Origin: Camelus ferus
Lineage: Eukaryota
Reading direction: 5' to 3'
Length of the DNA: 64,000 bases
Assembly (NCBI RefSeq): GCF_009834535.1
Contig: NC_045697.1
Coordinates: 78,618,001 to 78,682,000, forward strand
Under the pieces are notes generated by a model, which was not told the origin of the DNA, did no database searches, and worked only from the letters and a program-made list of their open reading frames with translations. A program made the position numbers and the translations under genes. Numbering within the stretch: the stretch's first letter is position 1; each line of letters starts with the position of its first letter. Shown piece by piece: positions 36,900 through 50,219 of the stretch.

Positions 36900-37800
36900 T
36901 TAAAGAAGTCTCTGATGATCCTGGACAGAATGGAGGGTTCTAATAGAGAAGTAATGCACAAAAATATAAGTTAGAATCAGATTCAAAGGGACCTTAAATG
37001 TTAAGCTAGGAAGTTTGTGATAACTAGTGATAGTGAAGAATAACGAAAGGTTTTTGATCAGTAGAGTGTTCTGGTAAAAGTAGTTTTGAGAATTAAGAAA
37101 TTGGGAAATTTGAGTCATGTGGTATGGTTTGTCTTAGAGAAAGAGAAGATCATTTAGGGACCTATTACAATAAACCAATTATATCATGATAGACTCCCGC
37201 TCTAGAATGATACAAAGGAATACACACAAAACAACTGAAAGGACTTTTTACCTGGTTCACTATGGGAAACAGAAGAGTAAGTCAGAAATGGCATAAGATT
37301 TGAGCTTGGACGACAAAGGAACTGAACTAGTAGAAATACAGGAAATAAAATGAGTAAGGTTTCAAGGGAAAATAATGATACACAGGTATTATTTGGGTGA
37401 AAGTTTCCAAAAAGAAAGATTAAAGTTAGAAGAAGCTGGGTCCAAAGACTGACATGGAGACGATCCACAGCTAAAATAAAGCAAGAAGAAGAGTCATGGG
37501 ACGAAGGAAAGAAGAGACGTCAGAAAGGCAGAACTGCCAGGATGTCAGAGCATCAGAGTGATTTCAAGTTTCCTAACTGATGCCAGTGTGTTCAAAAGGT
37601 GTAGAGAGCAAAGAGAATTCAGAAGAGGTAACTCAACTTGACGATTCAGGAATGTTGATGGCCTTTGGGATACAGACGAAGTAGATACGGGATACTTCAG
37701 AGAGATTAGTGATTAGAAAATAACGATGTATTTAATTTCTAGAAACTAAATACTATGTTTGAAAAAACTTGGCTTTAAAGGAAAGAAATACCTTAGGATG
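36900..37800 (-). mobile_element. Degenerate L2 body, antisense
   Basis: Purine-rich antisense L2-like text, e.g. 'gggaccttaaatgttaagctaggaagttt...aaggtttttgatcagtagagtg'. Confidence 0.45.
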
Positions 37801-39739
37801 AAGTTATCATGTTTAGAGTGAACTATATGAAATTGTCACTTTGTAGGTTAAAAGATAGTCAACTATCAACAATTTTATAGAATTCAACCCCCAAAAAATT
37901 GTCTGTCCTTTTTCAGGGAAGATCTGGCATAAATGAGACAGGAGTAAGAAATACTGTGAAAGGAGATACTGAAGAAGGAGCAGGCAACTGAAAAGTTTCA
38001 GGAGGAACTGGGAAGATACTGGCAAAACAAAAAATACTGATGAAGAATCTTTTAGAAAGAAACTATTGTTAAGTAGGAGGGATGTCTGAAAAAGGATAAC
38101 AGAGACTACATAAGCAGATAGGCCCAATTTTTTAACTGCCAACAGAAAATTGAAGATTAAAGTCTATACATTTCATAAGTGTTCGACAATTTTCTCCAAA
38201 TGTGTCTTTAGTCTGATTCGTTATTATGCTAATATTTTATTATTTGGGAGTTGATATTTAATCTCATGGCATGTTATCTACTAGAATATGACCTATAGTT
38301 TAAAGAGATTAAAAGATAGAAGATTTCAACTCTATCACTTTTTCTTGGAAAGACAGTGATGATGTAATATTAGCAATACAGACACTTTAAACGTCCCACA
38401 TAATGCAGTCTACACAATTAGCCAATTAACTTTTATCTATCTGCTTGCACATCTCAGAAGGATTCTTCAAGTTCATATAGTAATTATGATTTCAACTAGT
38501 ATAGAGAAAAACATCTGAAAAAAATGCTGTTCTGGTTAATGTAATGGAAAGATAAGACAAAGAACTGAGTACTGTCTAAATTCTTTACTATCAGTCACTA
38601 AATATGTGTGAAATTCTACTGAAACAGCAAATAAACAGTAGCTTCACAAAGCTGGAAGGGAAAAGCCACAGGTTTTACCACATTGGGGAAGGGAGCTGTG
38701 ATACTTGTAACATCTTTTCACAACTGTTTTTTCCAACCTGGATTAGAAATATGAAGTATGGCCACAGGAAATAAATTAATTAATTAATTAAAAGCTTCTC
38801 CCTAAGCATAAAGTTAACTGGGAAATTTTGGAGGGAAAATAATATTTTAAGTCAGACAAAAATACATTATATATAAAATATGAAATGTATATAAATTTAA
38901 TGACCAAAAACTTCAAAATATTTTTATGCAGCCAACTGTGCCTGGCTATGCCTGCAGATCCCACCTCTGGAAGGAGGAGGATAGGTTTCCACATATTTGT
39001 TTTCCTCCGTCACTGGGCTTTCTTTCCTGGGATAATTTGAGAACTTGCAAGTAATTAAAAAAAAAAAGGAAGGGGGTGCTTACTGTTTATCAAAACATTC
39101 AACTTACTATCGAGGACTGATATTGGCACTAACTGGAGAGCTATTCATCATATACAAGAAAAGTATGTCATTTAAAAAGGTTGTTCATGTGAACAGATTA
39201 CTAATTTTGGTTACCTGACACAAAACTCTGTAGCTAGACATGGGGGATGGACATGGGTTTTATAAAATGAGCCCCTAGAACAAATTTTATTTAAAATTTC
39301 TCCCTCTAATAAATATTTTGTTCTTTTCTATTTACTTGGTGTCTTTCTTCCAAGACACTTAGAGAATACCCTAAATAGAGAATTATTTCAATATTCTTCA
39401 AAAAGAGTGTTCAAGTAGAAGAATACCAAGAACCACCTGTATTTAATATATGAAAAAATGATGTTCATGCAACCTAAAGTTAACACTAGTTTCCTTTCTC
39501 CCAATTGAATTAAAGAAATATTCCTTAGAGTTTATACCAGGATTTCAACATGTTAGTAATTATACATTAGATTTTGACATAGATCCTATATGATAAATTA
39601 CATGTAGAAATTACAGAAATTAAACTATCTTTTCCTATATATTTGACTGATGAGTACATTTTGGAAAGAATATGTATTCGAGACCTCTGATAAAATGACA
39701 GATAGAAAACGTGCATTCAGCAGAAATAAGCTGGATGCT

Positions 39740-40100
39740 CAACAAACTTATTTCCTTTTCTTCACAGGGATACGCCCAGACTATATTTCTGGGCCTCCCT
39801 TAAATTTAGGCATAGCCACGTGAGCAAATGTGATATATAATTCCTCGGTCTGAAGTTACTCCTCGCCATCCTATATGGGCTCTCTTTCCCTTATATGAAG
39901 AAGACTTAGGAGGCTGCCAAGGCCCTAGGGAGGGGATGGTGGTACATCAAATTGAAAGTGGCTGGATTTTCAAGTCACCACATGGTGGGAAGTAAACCCT
40001 TGAAAACCCTGCCCCCCATTAGGCTGGGATGTGGGTGGAAATGAACCTTTATTGTGTTAAGCCTAGGAGATTTGGAGTTTGTTTATTATAATACTTAGAC
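39740..40100 (+). mobile_element. MaLR LTR (MLT1-type)
   Basis: 'ccagactatatttctgggcctcccttaaatttaggcatagccacgtga...aatgaacctttattgtgttaagcctaggagatttggagtttgtttattata'. Confidence 0.55.
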
Positions 40101-40129
40101 TACTCAAAGAGTAAATTGTGTTTATCTTT

Positions 40130-42400
40130 TACTGCTTCCAAAAATATATACTGAAATAACAGTAAATGAGAAAGATAAGACAACCAAAAGGACAAAGAAA
40201 ATAAGAGAGGGGACTATAGGCAGATAAATACTCAAATTGTTATTCTGAAGTGGAAAAGTGGACATAGGAGAGGTAACTTACATAAACAGAGCAGACAAAG
40301 CTGCAACTTAAATAGATGGAAATAATAATAAAAAGTTGAGTCAGTCTACCCTGAACTCACAAAAGGCTTAGCTCTTGGAGGAACTAAATAACATAAAAGG
40401 CCAGGGTTAGGTAGGAGTGCAGAAGAGGAGGTTGGTTGAAAGTCTTAATTAGGAGAAGTTAGATCTCTGTCCCCACTGTTATTAATGCTTTCAAATCTTG
40501 AAAAATACCATGACTTTATTTGCTGGCATAATTGAACTAGAGACACACAAGGGACAGCGGAGGGGAGGAGTCAGGTGCCAGAATAAAAACAATGGGATTA
40601 AATAAAATCTGCATATGAGTGGTGAGGCTTCCCAGATCCCTTACTCCCTGCTGCTCCCAGAACACTGTCTAGGCATAAACTTCTAATACAAGAGAGTGGT
40701 GGATTCCTCAGTAGAGAAGCCAAATTAGAAAAAAACCCTAAAGATACTAACATTTGGCATCTTTCTGTGAAAATTCTAGAATTTTCTTCTGGAATGCCTC
40801 TAGCTTAAGTGCTCAACTGTCACTCTTACCACCAATCATGCACAAATTATTTCTATCATCTTTTAAGTTGCCTTCTCAAAGGTAAAAGATTACCAGGACT
40901 TTGAGGAAATTATTCAGGGTCAAACACACAAAAACTAAAACAAACGAAAAAGAAAACAATTTACATGAAACAAAGATAATGCAGGTAAGAAACAAAAATT
41001 AATCATCATCATCATAGTTAATATTGTCCGATAAGTAAAAAAAGATAGAAACTCTCTGATCCAGAAATAGAATGCTAGAAATAAAGTTAATCAGAGAACA
41101 AAAGTGAATGCCTGCATATTAAAAACTGAATTTTTAAAATTACAAGATAAAGTTGAGAAAATATGGGAAGCTGAACAAAATAAAAAGATGAAGGACTGGA
41201 GAGGAAAGAGACAAGAACTGATCAAGTCAAAAAGCCATAACTACTAAGCAACAGAAATTTCAGAAATTAAGCAAAATAAAAAAATTCAAATGCAAAAATT
41301 ACCATAAAATGCAAAAAAAAAGATAAAATTGAAGATCATTAGTTTGTAGATTAGATATCCCCAATGAATGGGTTCAAATTCCAAAGAGGGGAAAAACAAT
41401 TTTTTAACTTAAAATTTTATATTGGCTCTAGTGGTTTTAAAACATGATTTTTAAAACCTTGAGTCAGCCAGTGCTACGAGAAAGTCAAGCTGCATGAAGA
41501 GGTCAGGTCACATGTAGACCCACCAGTCTGTAATCTCAGCTGAACCCAACCAGTGCCAGCTCTGTGAATGAAGCAGCTCCAAATGACTCCAGCATGGCCA
41601 TCTGACTGTCCCAGCCATGGAAGTCTGCCCAGCTCAAGCCCTAGACATTGTGGAGCTGAGATACACCATCTTTTCTGTGCCCTGCCCAAATTCCTGACCC
41701 ATAAAATCTGTGAACACAATAAAATGGTTGTTATGTCATGCCAGTAGATTTCAGGAGGATGTGTTATACAGCAATAAATAACCTAGAACGCAAGCTGGAC
41801 TGTCAACCGAATGTTGACGTTTCAGAGAGACACAGATTCAGAATATGAACCTCCCAAAAATCATTTCTTGGGAAACTACCATAGGGTTAATTTTAGCAAC
41901 ATGATGGGTCAACCCAGAAAGAGAGAAACATCAGATCCAGAAAGCAAGGAACCCAGCACTAGAAAGAGGGAAGAGAGGCCCTGGGATTATAAACTCTGCA
42001 CCAGAACTTCAGAGAAAATGATCATGCTTTCCAAGAGCATGGAGAGCTATGAAAACTTAACAAATTAAACAAAGTGATTATTAATCTCAGAAAAAAAAAG
42101 TTAGAAAAAGATGGAAAATATAAAAAAGACTAAATCTTCAACTATCAAAATATATGAAGTCAATACAGGTCATGTCCAAAATTGGTTTAATAAGTGGTGG
42201 ATAATAACATTATATAGACATTTGGATATAAAAGCAAGAAGAAGCAGATTTGAGAATTTGAAATATTTGGCTATGGCAGAAGGAAAGAAAAGCACAAAAG
42301 GTATGGGGCAAGGGATTGTTTTGTTTGTAATAAAGTCTTATAGTACTCTTTATGTTCTGTTTGGGTAGCAAATAATTACATTCCAGAGGTATGCAATATG
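40130..42400 (+). mobile_element. Very old HAL1/L1ME-like element, interrupted by an MLT1 LTR
   Basis: Long A-rich stretch with L1ME/HAL1-like 5' and ORF1 text ('agataaagttgagaaaat...gaacaaaataaaaagatg', 'caagaaaagaga...gatccagaaagcaagg'-like segments). Family uncertain. Confidence 0.4.
41465..41790 (+). mobile_element. MaLR LTR (MLT1G/H-like)
   Basis: 'ccagctcaagccctagacattgtggagctgaga...tgtgccctgcccaaattcctgacccataaaatctgtgaacacaataaaatggttgtt...tgttatacagcaataaataac'. Confidence 0.75.
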
Positions 42401-42439
42401 CATAGAAATCCTCATCAACCAAGATGAGTAAGTAAATTT

Positions 42440-42670
42440 GGTGTGGTAAACAGAAGGATGGTTTTCCTGCCAAGCAGACATAATTTGCATTCAGACTCTG
42501 CCACTTACTGCATTAGGTAAATTACTTACTTAGCCTTTCTTAGCCTCAGTTTCCATGTGGGAAAAACGAGTAATGTTTTTCGTAGTGCTGCTGCCAGAAA
42601 TAAATGAGACAACAATTGTAAAGTAACTAGATTAGAGCCAAGTCGTAATGTGTGTGAGCTCACTCTTTTC
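42440..42670 (+). mobile_element. MIR SINE
   Basis: 'ctctgccacttactgcattaggtaaattacttacttagcctttcttagcctcagtttcc'. Confidence 0.6.
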
Positions 42671-43387
42671 CTTCCTTCTGTTTTTTCAGTTAACTGAATA
42701 AATACATAAATATCTTGTACTCATTAAAGAACACTCATCAATACTAATCTGAATATATAACTTCAATATCTGAGATCCACAAGGCCAAAGCTAAAATGTA
42801 TGCAATTCAACAATCTGGTATTAAATTCATCCACTGAAAATGAACGTCTAGTATATTAGAATAGACTTTGACGTTCCCCAAATATAGCACACTGAATGGA
42901 ATGGGGGAAAATAAAGTATTTTTATTTCTTGTTCTCAAAACTTCCACTAAATGAGTTGCCCAAATCACCTAAGTTTCTCAGGATTCAGATGTTCTATTCA
43001 CACTGAATGACAGTGGAATGTTGATACAGGTTACCTAGTGGAGCTGTAAAACTGAATTATTATCTGTGTGAAGGGCACTGGCTTCTTGGAAGAGAGTATT
43101 GCAACACAAATAAAAATGTTTTTAATTGATTGGAAAGCATTGTGTTGTATGCACTGTTTACATAGGCTCTTTCTTTCCAGAGGAGACCTTTCACCTCTCC
43201 CTCTGTGAGCATTAACGCTGTCCTGAATTAAAGAAAAGCTGGGAAAAATGACTTTTTCTTCTCAAATACATTACTTTTATTATAGATTGGAGTGCAAATT
43301 ACTACCATTTGTCTTTCTCTAAGAAACTGGACACCCAACGTGAGACAACATAGCAGTTAGGTCCAAGGCATCCCTTGGTTTGAGTAC

Positions 43388-43546
43388 CAGCATTTCTCAA
43401 ACTTTACAGTGCACGGAGTCACCTGGGGAGCTCGTCACCATGCAGATTCTGGTTCAGTAGGTCTGCGATGGGGCCTGAGAGTCTATGTAATTTCCAGGGG
43501 ATGCCAATTCGGTTGGTCTCCAAACCACATTCTGAGTTAGTGAGGA
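43388..43546. mobile_element. MER5A-type hAT-Charlie MITE
   Basis: 'cagcatttctcaaactttacagtgcacggagtcacctggggagct...atgcagattctggttcagtaggtctgcgatggggcctgaga'. Confidence 0.75.
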
Positions 43547-44789
43547 TTAAAGGACAATGCCACCATACTTACGCAGCGTGGGGCTAGTAAATAAATATCG
43601 CTCATTGCATTAAACATTAACTGCTTTTCAATGTCTATGCTGAGAATCACAACCGTGGTCTCCAGATCTGAAGACAAGTAGTGCCTTCTGGACTAAACAA
43701 CAGGAGGAGAGTGAACTGAGATTGAAAATGCCTCCTCTGCTAAAGGTATTCAATGCCCGGCTAAATTCAATCAGGCTTTCTTCATCCTCCATTACCCTCA
43801 TTAGTCCTGTTTGGTTAGTGCTCAGGGTTGATCCGTATCTTGGTCAAGACAATTGTTGCTGATTAACTATAATTACTAGTAATGGGGCCAGCTTGCTTTC
43901 AGAGACTAATTCCCTCAGCTCATCCATGCATTGTTCCGCCACAAAAGGTCCCAAACTGCTGGTCATTTACTTGCCTATTCTTTGAACCTACAACAAGTTG
44001 CTACATGTGTGGGCTTTTAAACACTGTCCAATGTCTAAATACCCTGAGTCTAACTTTTACCTTGCTTTTTCTTTTTCTCCCTCCCTTTTTTTTTTTTAAA
44101 TTTTAGAACAGGTGAAGGATGAGTCACAAAAAAATGTAGGTAGTGCTTTCATAAAATTCTAGAAGCAATAAAAACAAAAATATAATTAAAGGTACATTAA
44201 AACATTATTTAATATTTGGAAATATTACACATTAAAGATGATAAATAAATTAACACAATCTGCTAACACTCTGGACTACCTATTAACAAATTCTTAAATT
44301 GAACAGCATTCATTTTACTAACCTGGTGACCTATAGATGTGATTTCTTATTTTTTAATTTTTTGAAGTTTGCTTGTGTAGTAAGTGCAATGCATAAAACC
44401 CCAGATGTACAATGTAACCCATTGCTTTTTGTAAGCAATTCTAAATAATAGGTAGACAATACTGTATATAAAATGCTCTAGTTTTTATCATTTTATAACT
44501 TTTCCTTTTATTGAAACACTGGGCATGGATCTTTGTCACTTACAATAGAAATCCAGTGAGTATTTAAATTTGTTTTTGATAATAATATTATTTGAGAAAA
44601 TAGCATGGCAATTCTTTTTATGAAAATATTCATAGCAATTATAGGGGAATCAAATATGGAACAGGCAAGTCTTGGAAGATATCCAAGAATATCTAGTTAT
44701 AATATATTGGAAAGTCCTTAACATAAAGCATTTTCACATATGAGATAATTCTTAAGACAGGTAAAATACTGATATGATTATACATGGTT

Positions 44790-44970
44790 GAATAAAAGAA
44801 GCACCAGAGACTGGGATTTGAGATGACTCTATCACTCAACAATCTCTGTGTCTCAATATTTTCATCTATAAAATAAATAAATTAATAAAAACCCTACATA
44901 TCTCAAACAATTATGAGGATTAAATAAGACTATATGTGATAACACTTGGAAATTTTGGTGCTATGTTGTG
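44790..44970 (+). mobile_element. MIR SINE
   Basis: 'aatctctgtgtctcaatattttcatctataaaata...ttatgaggattaaataaga'. Confidence 0.5.
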
Positions 44971-45278
44971 TGAGTTATGGAATTGAAGTTAACTGAAGTT
45001 AAATCATCTCCTAAAAAATTCTGATTTGGTTAAAGATAAGATACTTTGGTTTTTACAGGCCCTGGGAAATCTTCATTTCCTCCAGGTTGGGAATAAGACT
45101 TTTAAATTATCATAACATTTAATATCTGACACTAGCATTAGTCTAATCACATTCTCAATACACATAATCATTTGGTTCATACAAATTCGTTACAAACAAA
45201 TTGGTTGAAAATAAATTGTCTGACATGACAAACTGAGTGAAATTAAATGATCTTCACAGCCAAATATTCTAACATACA

Positions 45279-45656
45279 TGTGGGGCCAACTGGCATGCCT
45301 CAAAGTCCAATGACCCTCATTCCTGGGCTCTCAGACATCTGCCTGCAATTCTGGTTTGTTTCAGCCCACCTTATTAGAGTCATAAATCCCATCGCCTTTC
45401 ACGGACCCTAAACTTCTTACCTCACCTACAACCAATCAGAGACTTGTACATGAGCCAATCAGGCACCTTGTGACCTGACCTTATAAAAGACCCAACAATC
45501 GGCCCTCAGGGCTCACACAGGTACCTCTTGTCTATGTGGCCCGCTGCTGTCTATGGCAGTACAACCTAATAAACTCCTTTTTCTATTCTCATCCTTTGCT
45601 TTTGGTAAATTGTTCTACTTCCTGTGACACCAACCACCGTGTTGTATCCCACAACA
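45279..45656 (+). mobile_element. Solo ERV LTR (378 bp) with intact promoter and poly(A) motifs
   Basis: TG...CA termini and a perfect 5-bp TSD ataca (45274-45278 and 45657-45661). CCAAT boxes at 45432 and 45455, TATAAAA at 45482, AATAAA at 45568. Confidence 0.85.
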
Positions 45657-46403
45657 ATACATTTATTTGTTATTTATTTGTAATGTTTTTATACTGTGGA
45701 ATAGCCTAGCAGTTGTTTTTTCTGTGCCTTTCATACTTTTGACCCATGAGTTTTATTATTAGTGATTTAACACATTATTTTTAAAACCTTTTCCTCTACT
45801 ATTCCAGTCTTTATAAACTAAGAATTTTTAGCATTTTTGTTTCATTTTTTTCAGAGCCTGATTCTAACCTTGCCCCTGCATCTTTTGTGCAATTGTATAT
45901 ATTTTTAATTGTAGCTTCAATTCTGAATGTCAAAGTTACATGATCTAGTTCTAATATTCTGAAAAGTCCTTAGTAGCATAAGACAGTTTTACATATGAAT
46001 GAATTCTTAAAACAAAGTACAGACATAATTATACATAGTAAGAGAATAATACTAGCAAGAATTTTTAAGTTAAAAAAGATGAGGTTTCTAAAAGCAGTTA
46101 TAAAATTTGCAAACCCTATTCAAAGTACACCAAAAAAAAATCTAAAAAAAAAAAAAAAACAAACACTTAAAAGCATAGAGAAAGTTTCAAAACTACTTCC
46201 TAGTACACAGAAATGCAAATATTAAAAAAAAATGCAGAATTACTGTACTATTCATTTACTGAAAGAATAAATGAAAGAACCTGGAGAGTTAGTGAAATAT
46301 GTCTATTTGCACCAACACTGGGGGAGATGGCAAGGGTCTGAGTCAATAAAGGAGAAAAAGATGTACACCAATGACAATATAATAACAAATAATTAATTCA
46401 GAT

Positions 46404-46408
<5 letters not shown>

Positions 46409-46462
<54 letters not shown>
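46409..46462. repeat. (AT)~27 microsatellite
   Basis: Perfect dinucleotide run, directly visible. Confidence 0.95.
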
Positions 46463-46466
<4 letters not shown>

Positions 46467-46519
46467 AAAGCTTCATGAAATATGGCTTAGTGGACCTTAA
46501 GGGCTGCAGATGATACAAG

Positions 46520-47200
46520 GGGTTAGCTGAAGTGTCTGACCTGAAGGAGGTAGGCTGAATTCAGATCTTTAAGGGCCTTGAATAACACACTAAGGTGCTT
46601 GGGATTTATCCTGTAGGTTTTGGGGAAGTCAGTAATAGAATTCTGGCAGAAGAACAACATGTACAAATACAAGCTTTAAAGGGATTTCTCCTTTGGGGAA
46701 AATATCGGGGAAGACAGAAACTAGAAAAAGGAAGGGAAGAATGAAAATTAAGAGCTTACTATATAATATCATTATTTCATTGAATAATTATTAAATCATA
46801 CTTAATATAATTATGATAAATTACCTGAGGAAAGAATTATCTTCCTTATTTGAAAAGGTGTCACAGCCACTAAGAGGCAGAACTGAGTATTCAAGCCAGC
46901 CAGCCAACTGCAGGGTCAGCATTCTCCCACACAGCTCATTACCTCTCTCAAGCCAAGGTGACCAGCTTAGAGTCATTTACATCAGTCTCTAGATCAAATA
47001 AAAATGAAGTCCTGGAACTGAGGCAATGCCCATAGATATACTCAGGAATAAGAGATTCATGAGCATGTAGGAAGAAAATTTACCAGACTAGTTAGATATG
47101 GGGGTTAGAGAAAGGAGGAATTAAGAGTGCTCCTTTCTCAAATTTGGGATTACTTAGAGATGCCCAAAAAAGGACACAGGATAAATTCTGAAAAATACTA
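46520..47200 (-). mobile_element. L2 body with an inserted MIR-like segment (~46760-46940)
   Basis: 'cagatctttaagggccttgaataacacactaaggtgcttgggatttatcctgtagg' is antisense L2. 'ggtgtcacagccactaagaggcagaactgag' is antisense MIR. Confidence 0.5.
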
Positions 47201-47380
47201 CTAACTAGAGAAAAAAATAAGTCTTTTTTAATACATGCATATTTGGAACACTATGGTTTTTTTCCAAGTGCCCATTAACTCAATAAAGAAATAAGATTGG
47301 CACTCCCGTAACTGATTTAGGGTGTACATGACAGCAAGTTCAAATATGCACTGTATGTTTTTAAAGATTAGATCAATGAT

Positions 47381-47753
47381 TATTATGGACTAAATGCTTG
47401 TGTTCCCCCCAAACTCATATATTGAAGCCCTAATCCCCAAAGAGACTACGTAGAGATGGGTCCTGTGAGGAAGTAAAAAGTTAAATAAGGTCATAAGGGT
47501 AGAGTCCTAAGCAACAGGGCTGATGCCCTCATAAGAAAAGGAAGAAACATCAGAGCTTCCTTTCTCTGCCATGTGAGGATACAGGGAAAAGACAGCCATC
47601 TACAAGCTAGGAAGAGAGCCCTCACCAGAAACCAACCGTGCCGGCACCCTGATCTCTGACGTCCAGCATCAGAACTGTGAGAAAATAAATTTCTGTTGTT
47701 TAAGCCGCCCAGTCTATGGTATTTTGTTATGACAGCCCAAGCCGACTAATACA
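47381..47753 (+). mobile_element. Full-length MLT1A-type MaLR solo LTR
   Basis: 'tattatggactaaatgcttgtgttcccccc aaactcatatattgaagccctaatcccc' (space added) through 'cagaactgtgagaaaataaatttctgttgtttaagccgcccagtctatggtattttgttatgacagcccaagccgactaataca'. Flanks atgat and acaat. Confidence 0.9.
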
Positions 47754-48609
47754 ACAATATTTTATTAATTAATTTGACAGATAATTACTGAGTGCCTTCT
47801 ATGTGGAGAGCATTACGTTAGATGTTATAAATCTGAATGAGGCACTATCTCTGCCTTCACGAAATTTACAAAGGAGTAGAGGAAGTTAAAAAATGGAAAA
47901 ACTCACAGGTCCCAAATCTATAATATAGAACATCATAAACAAATGTCAGTGATGTCATTAACTGGCAAATTGATCTGAGAGCAATTCTAGACCTTGTGGG
48001 AATTTTTCATCATCAGGCAATTACTGTACTGCAATCATACATTTCAGCACTTGATCCAAATTTAAGGAATTTCCAAAGGCTACACAAGAAATTCAACTTT
48101 TGCCTTTGAAGATTAAAAAAAAAAACAATTATGGCAAATGCATACATAGGTCACAATATATCAGTATTATACAAATGACATTTACACAGAGCTGAGCTTG
48201 TAGAATTAAGAAGGTTCTCTGAATGACAAAGAGGGAGTTCTAAAGGAGTCATCTTTTGAATTGGTCTTGAATAAATGATTTAGTAATGATTACACAATGT
48301 GGTAACCTTATGTAGAAGCCCATTTTAAAAATATATACCAAGCCACAAAATATAAAATAAAAGATGATCCTGAGGCATTTCCACTAGTAGGAGAAATAGA
48401 TATGATACAGAAAAAAAAAAAAGAATCTAAGAGATCACATTTTTTGAGATTATCTAAAGTTATCTATCAGTAGAGAACTAAGTTAAAACTTGAAATATTA
48501 TTCCACTGGAATTTAGCAAACAATTTATTTAATATTGATTTCAGACTACAGAAAGGTATGAATAGTAGTCATCATATCATCCTATCAATTATATAGCAGA
48601 TTTCATTCT

Positions 48610-48765
48610 CGTTCACTTATTTGTCTATGAGCCTTGTAGCCCTAGCTGGTAAGCTCTACAAGCAGAGGGACCCTGTTCTCCTTGTTTACCAGTGCCTAGT
48701 ACAAAGTTGTAGTATACAGTCAGGAATGAATATATATTTGTTGAACAAATAAATGAATAAATATA
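48610..48765 (+). mobile_element. L2 3' end
   Basis: 'ctagctggtaagctctacaagcagagggaccctgttctccttgtttaccagtgcctagtaca...tatttgttgaacaaataaatgaat'. Confidence 0.6.
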
Positions 48766-49625
48766 AAATGATTTAACTCTAAAACACAAGGTCAGAATTT
48801 AATAATATAATTAATTGACTTTGTCACTTCGTTTAACTAAGAATAGAATCATATTTCAACAGGAGTTAAGCATTTCAACATAAATCAGTATAAGAATTAT
48901 CTAATTTTATCAGCCATTAAAGACTAATTCACAAGTAATTAAAATGATTCAATGTGATTAAAATGCACCTTGCAATTACTTAAAGTTCTTTTGTGGAGAT
49001 GTAAATGATGCAGAGAATGATTAAGAACCAGAAACCACATTTCATGACATGGTATGAAGAATGTTGGCCAAATGTTGTGATGATGGGAAAGGCATTAGTA
49101 AACAGTTCAAAAGTAACTATGGACCACAGAAGTAGATAGGCAGCGAACATGGTCTCACTCAATAAAGTCTACAAGGGTTGTATGATCCATAGGGATTGCC
49201 ATAATTATCGGTTGTCGCTCTTCTCAAGGAAGTACAAATTATTAAAGTAATATTTAAGTATTACTGACATTTTATTAGGAGGTGAGAGTCAGTCCACCAG
49301 ATACAAAGCATTTTTATATCGCTTTCCATTCCTTAATGAGCAAGACAACAAAAGATAAATGTGTCAGTCAGCTTGATTTTGAGATCTGGAAAGATGGAAA
49401 CAAAATAACCAAAATAAAAAGTCATGCATAAAAGATGATAAATATGGATGATAGAGTGACAGTATAAAGAACAAATTATGTTAGCTCAATTTAATTTATA
49501 TCTATGTAGGACTACTGGGTATAAAAGTATAGAGAAACATTATTTGTAATACCATTCAACTGGGCATTAGAAATATTTCTGACTTTATCCTGTCACTTGT
49601 GATTTACCTTAAAACCTGTGAATGA

Positions 49626-49713
49626 TAAGAACTGTGCTGTACCCCAGAAATTGACACAACTTTGTAAACAGACTATACCTCAATAAAACAAAATGTTAAA
49701 AAAACAAACAAAA
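49626..49713 (+). mobile_element. Tiny 5'-truncated camelid-type L1 3' end
   Basis: 'tgtgctgtaccccagaaattgacacaactttgtaaacagactatacctcaataaaa' resembles 31666-31725. 15-bp TSD aaaacctgt(g/t)aatga at 49611-49625 and 49714-49728, at a TT/AAAA endonuclease site. Confidence 0.85.
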
Positions 49714-50219
49714 AAAACCTGTTAATGAAATTTTCTGGAATATTATTTTCATACAATGATCATCAGTGGTTAGTTGTTAATGTAAGAGAATAAAAAGGGA
49801 CAGCACAGAAAAAAGGGATAACACAGGAAAATTACACAGAGCTGAGACTGTGTCTAGGAGTGGTCTCTCGATATTTTAGTAAGATAACTGGAAAATGGAA
49901 TATAAATATGAATATTTTCACCCATGGTAGAATGATAAATTGTGGCAATAGTTTTATAGAAAATACATAAGAAAAGTAAGCAATTCTTACCTGTTTTTGC
50001 ATAATCAGAGGGGAGGAAAATATTCCAGTTATTAGAAATATATACAAATAATGCTACCGAGTAAATTATCTGCGTGTGTATTTATATTAACGTGAAGGCA
50101 TAAAAGTATCTGAGATAAACTGAAACATGGTTGGCAGGGGTCGGGGGCCTCTTTATGTTTGTTAAACTTCCTAAAGGAAAAAAAAATGCAAACAAATGCA
50201 ATGGACTATTAGAGAACTG

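Noticed and set aside
48980..49230. Possible CR1/L3 remnant or exon
   Set aside because: Only a faint resemblance, with no sustained reading frame or splice-site pair.
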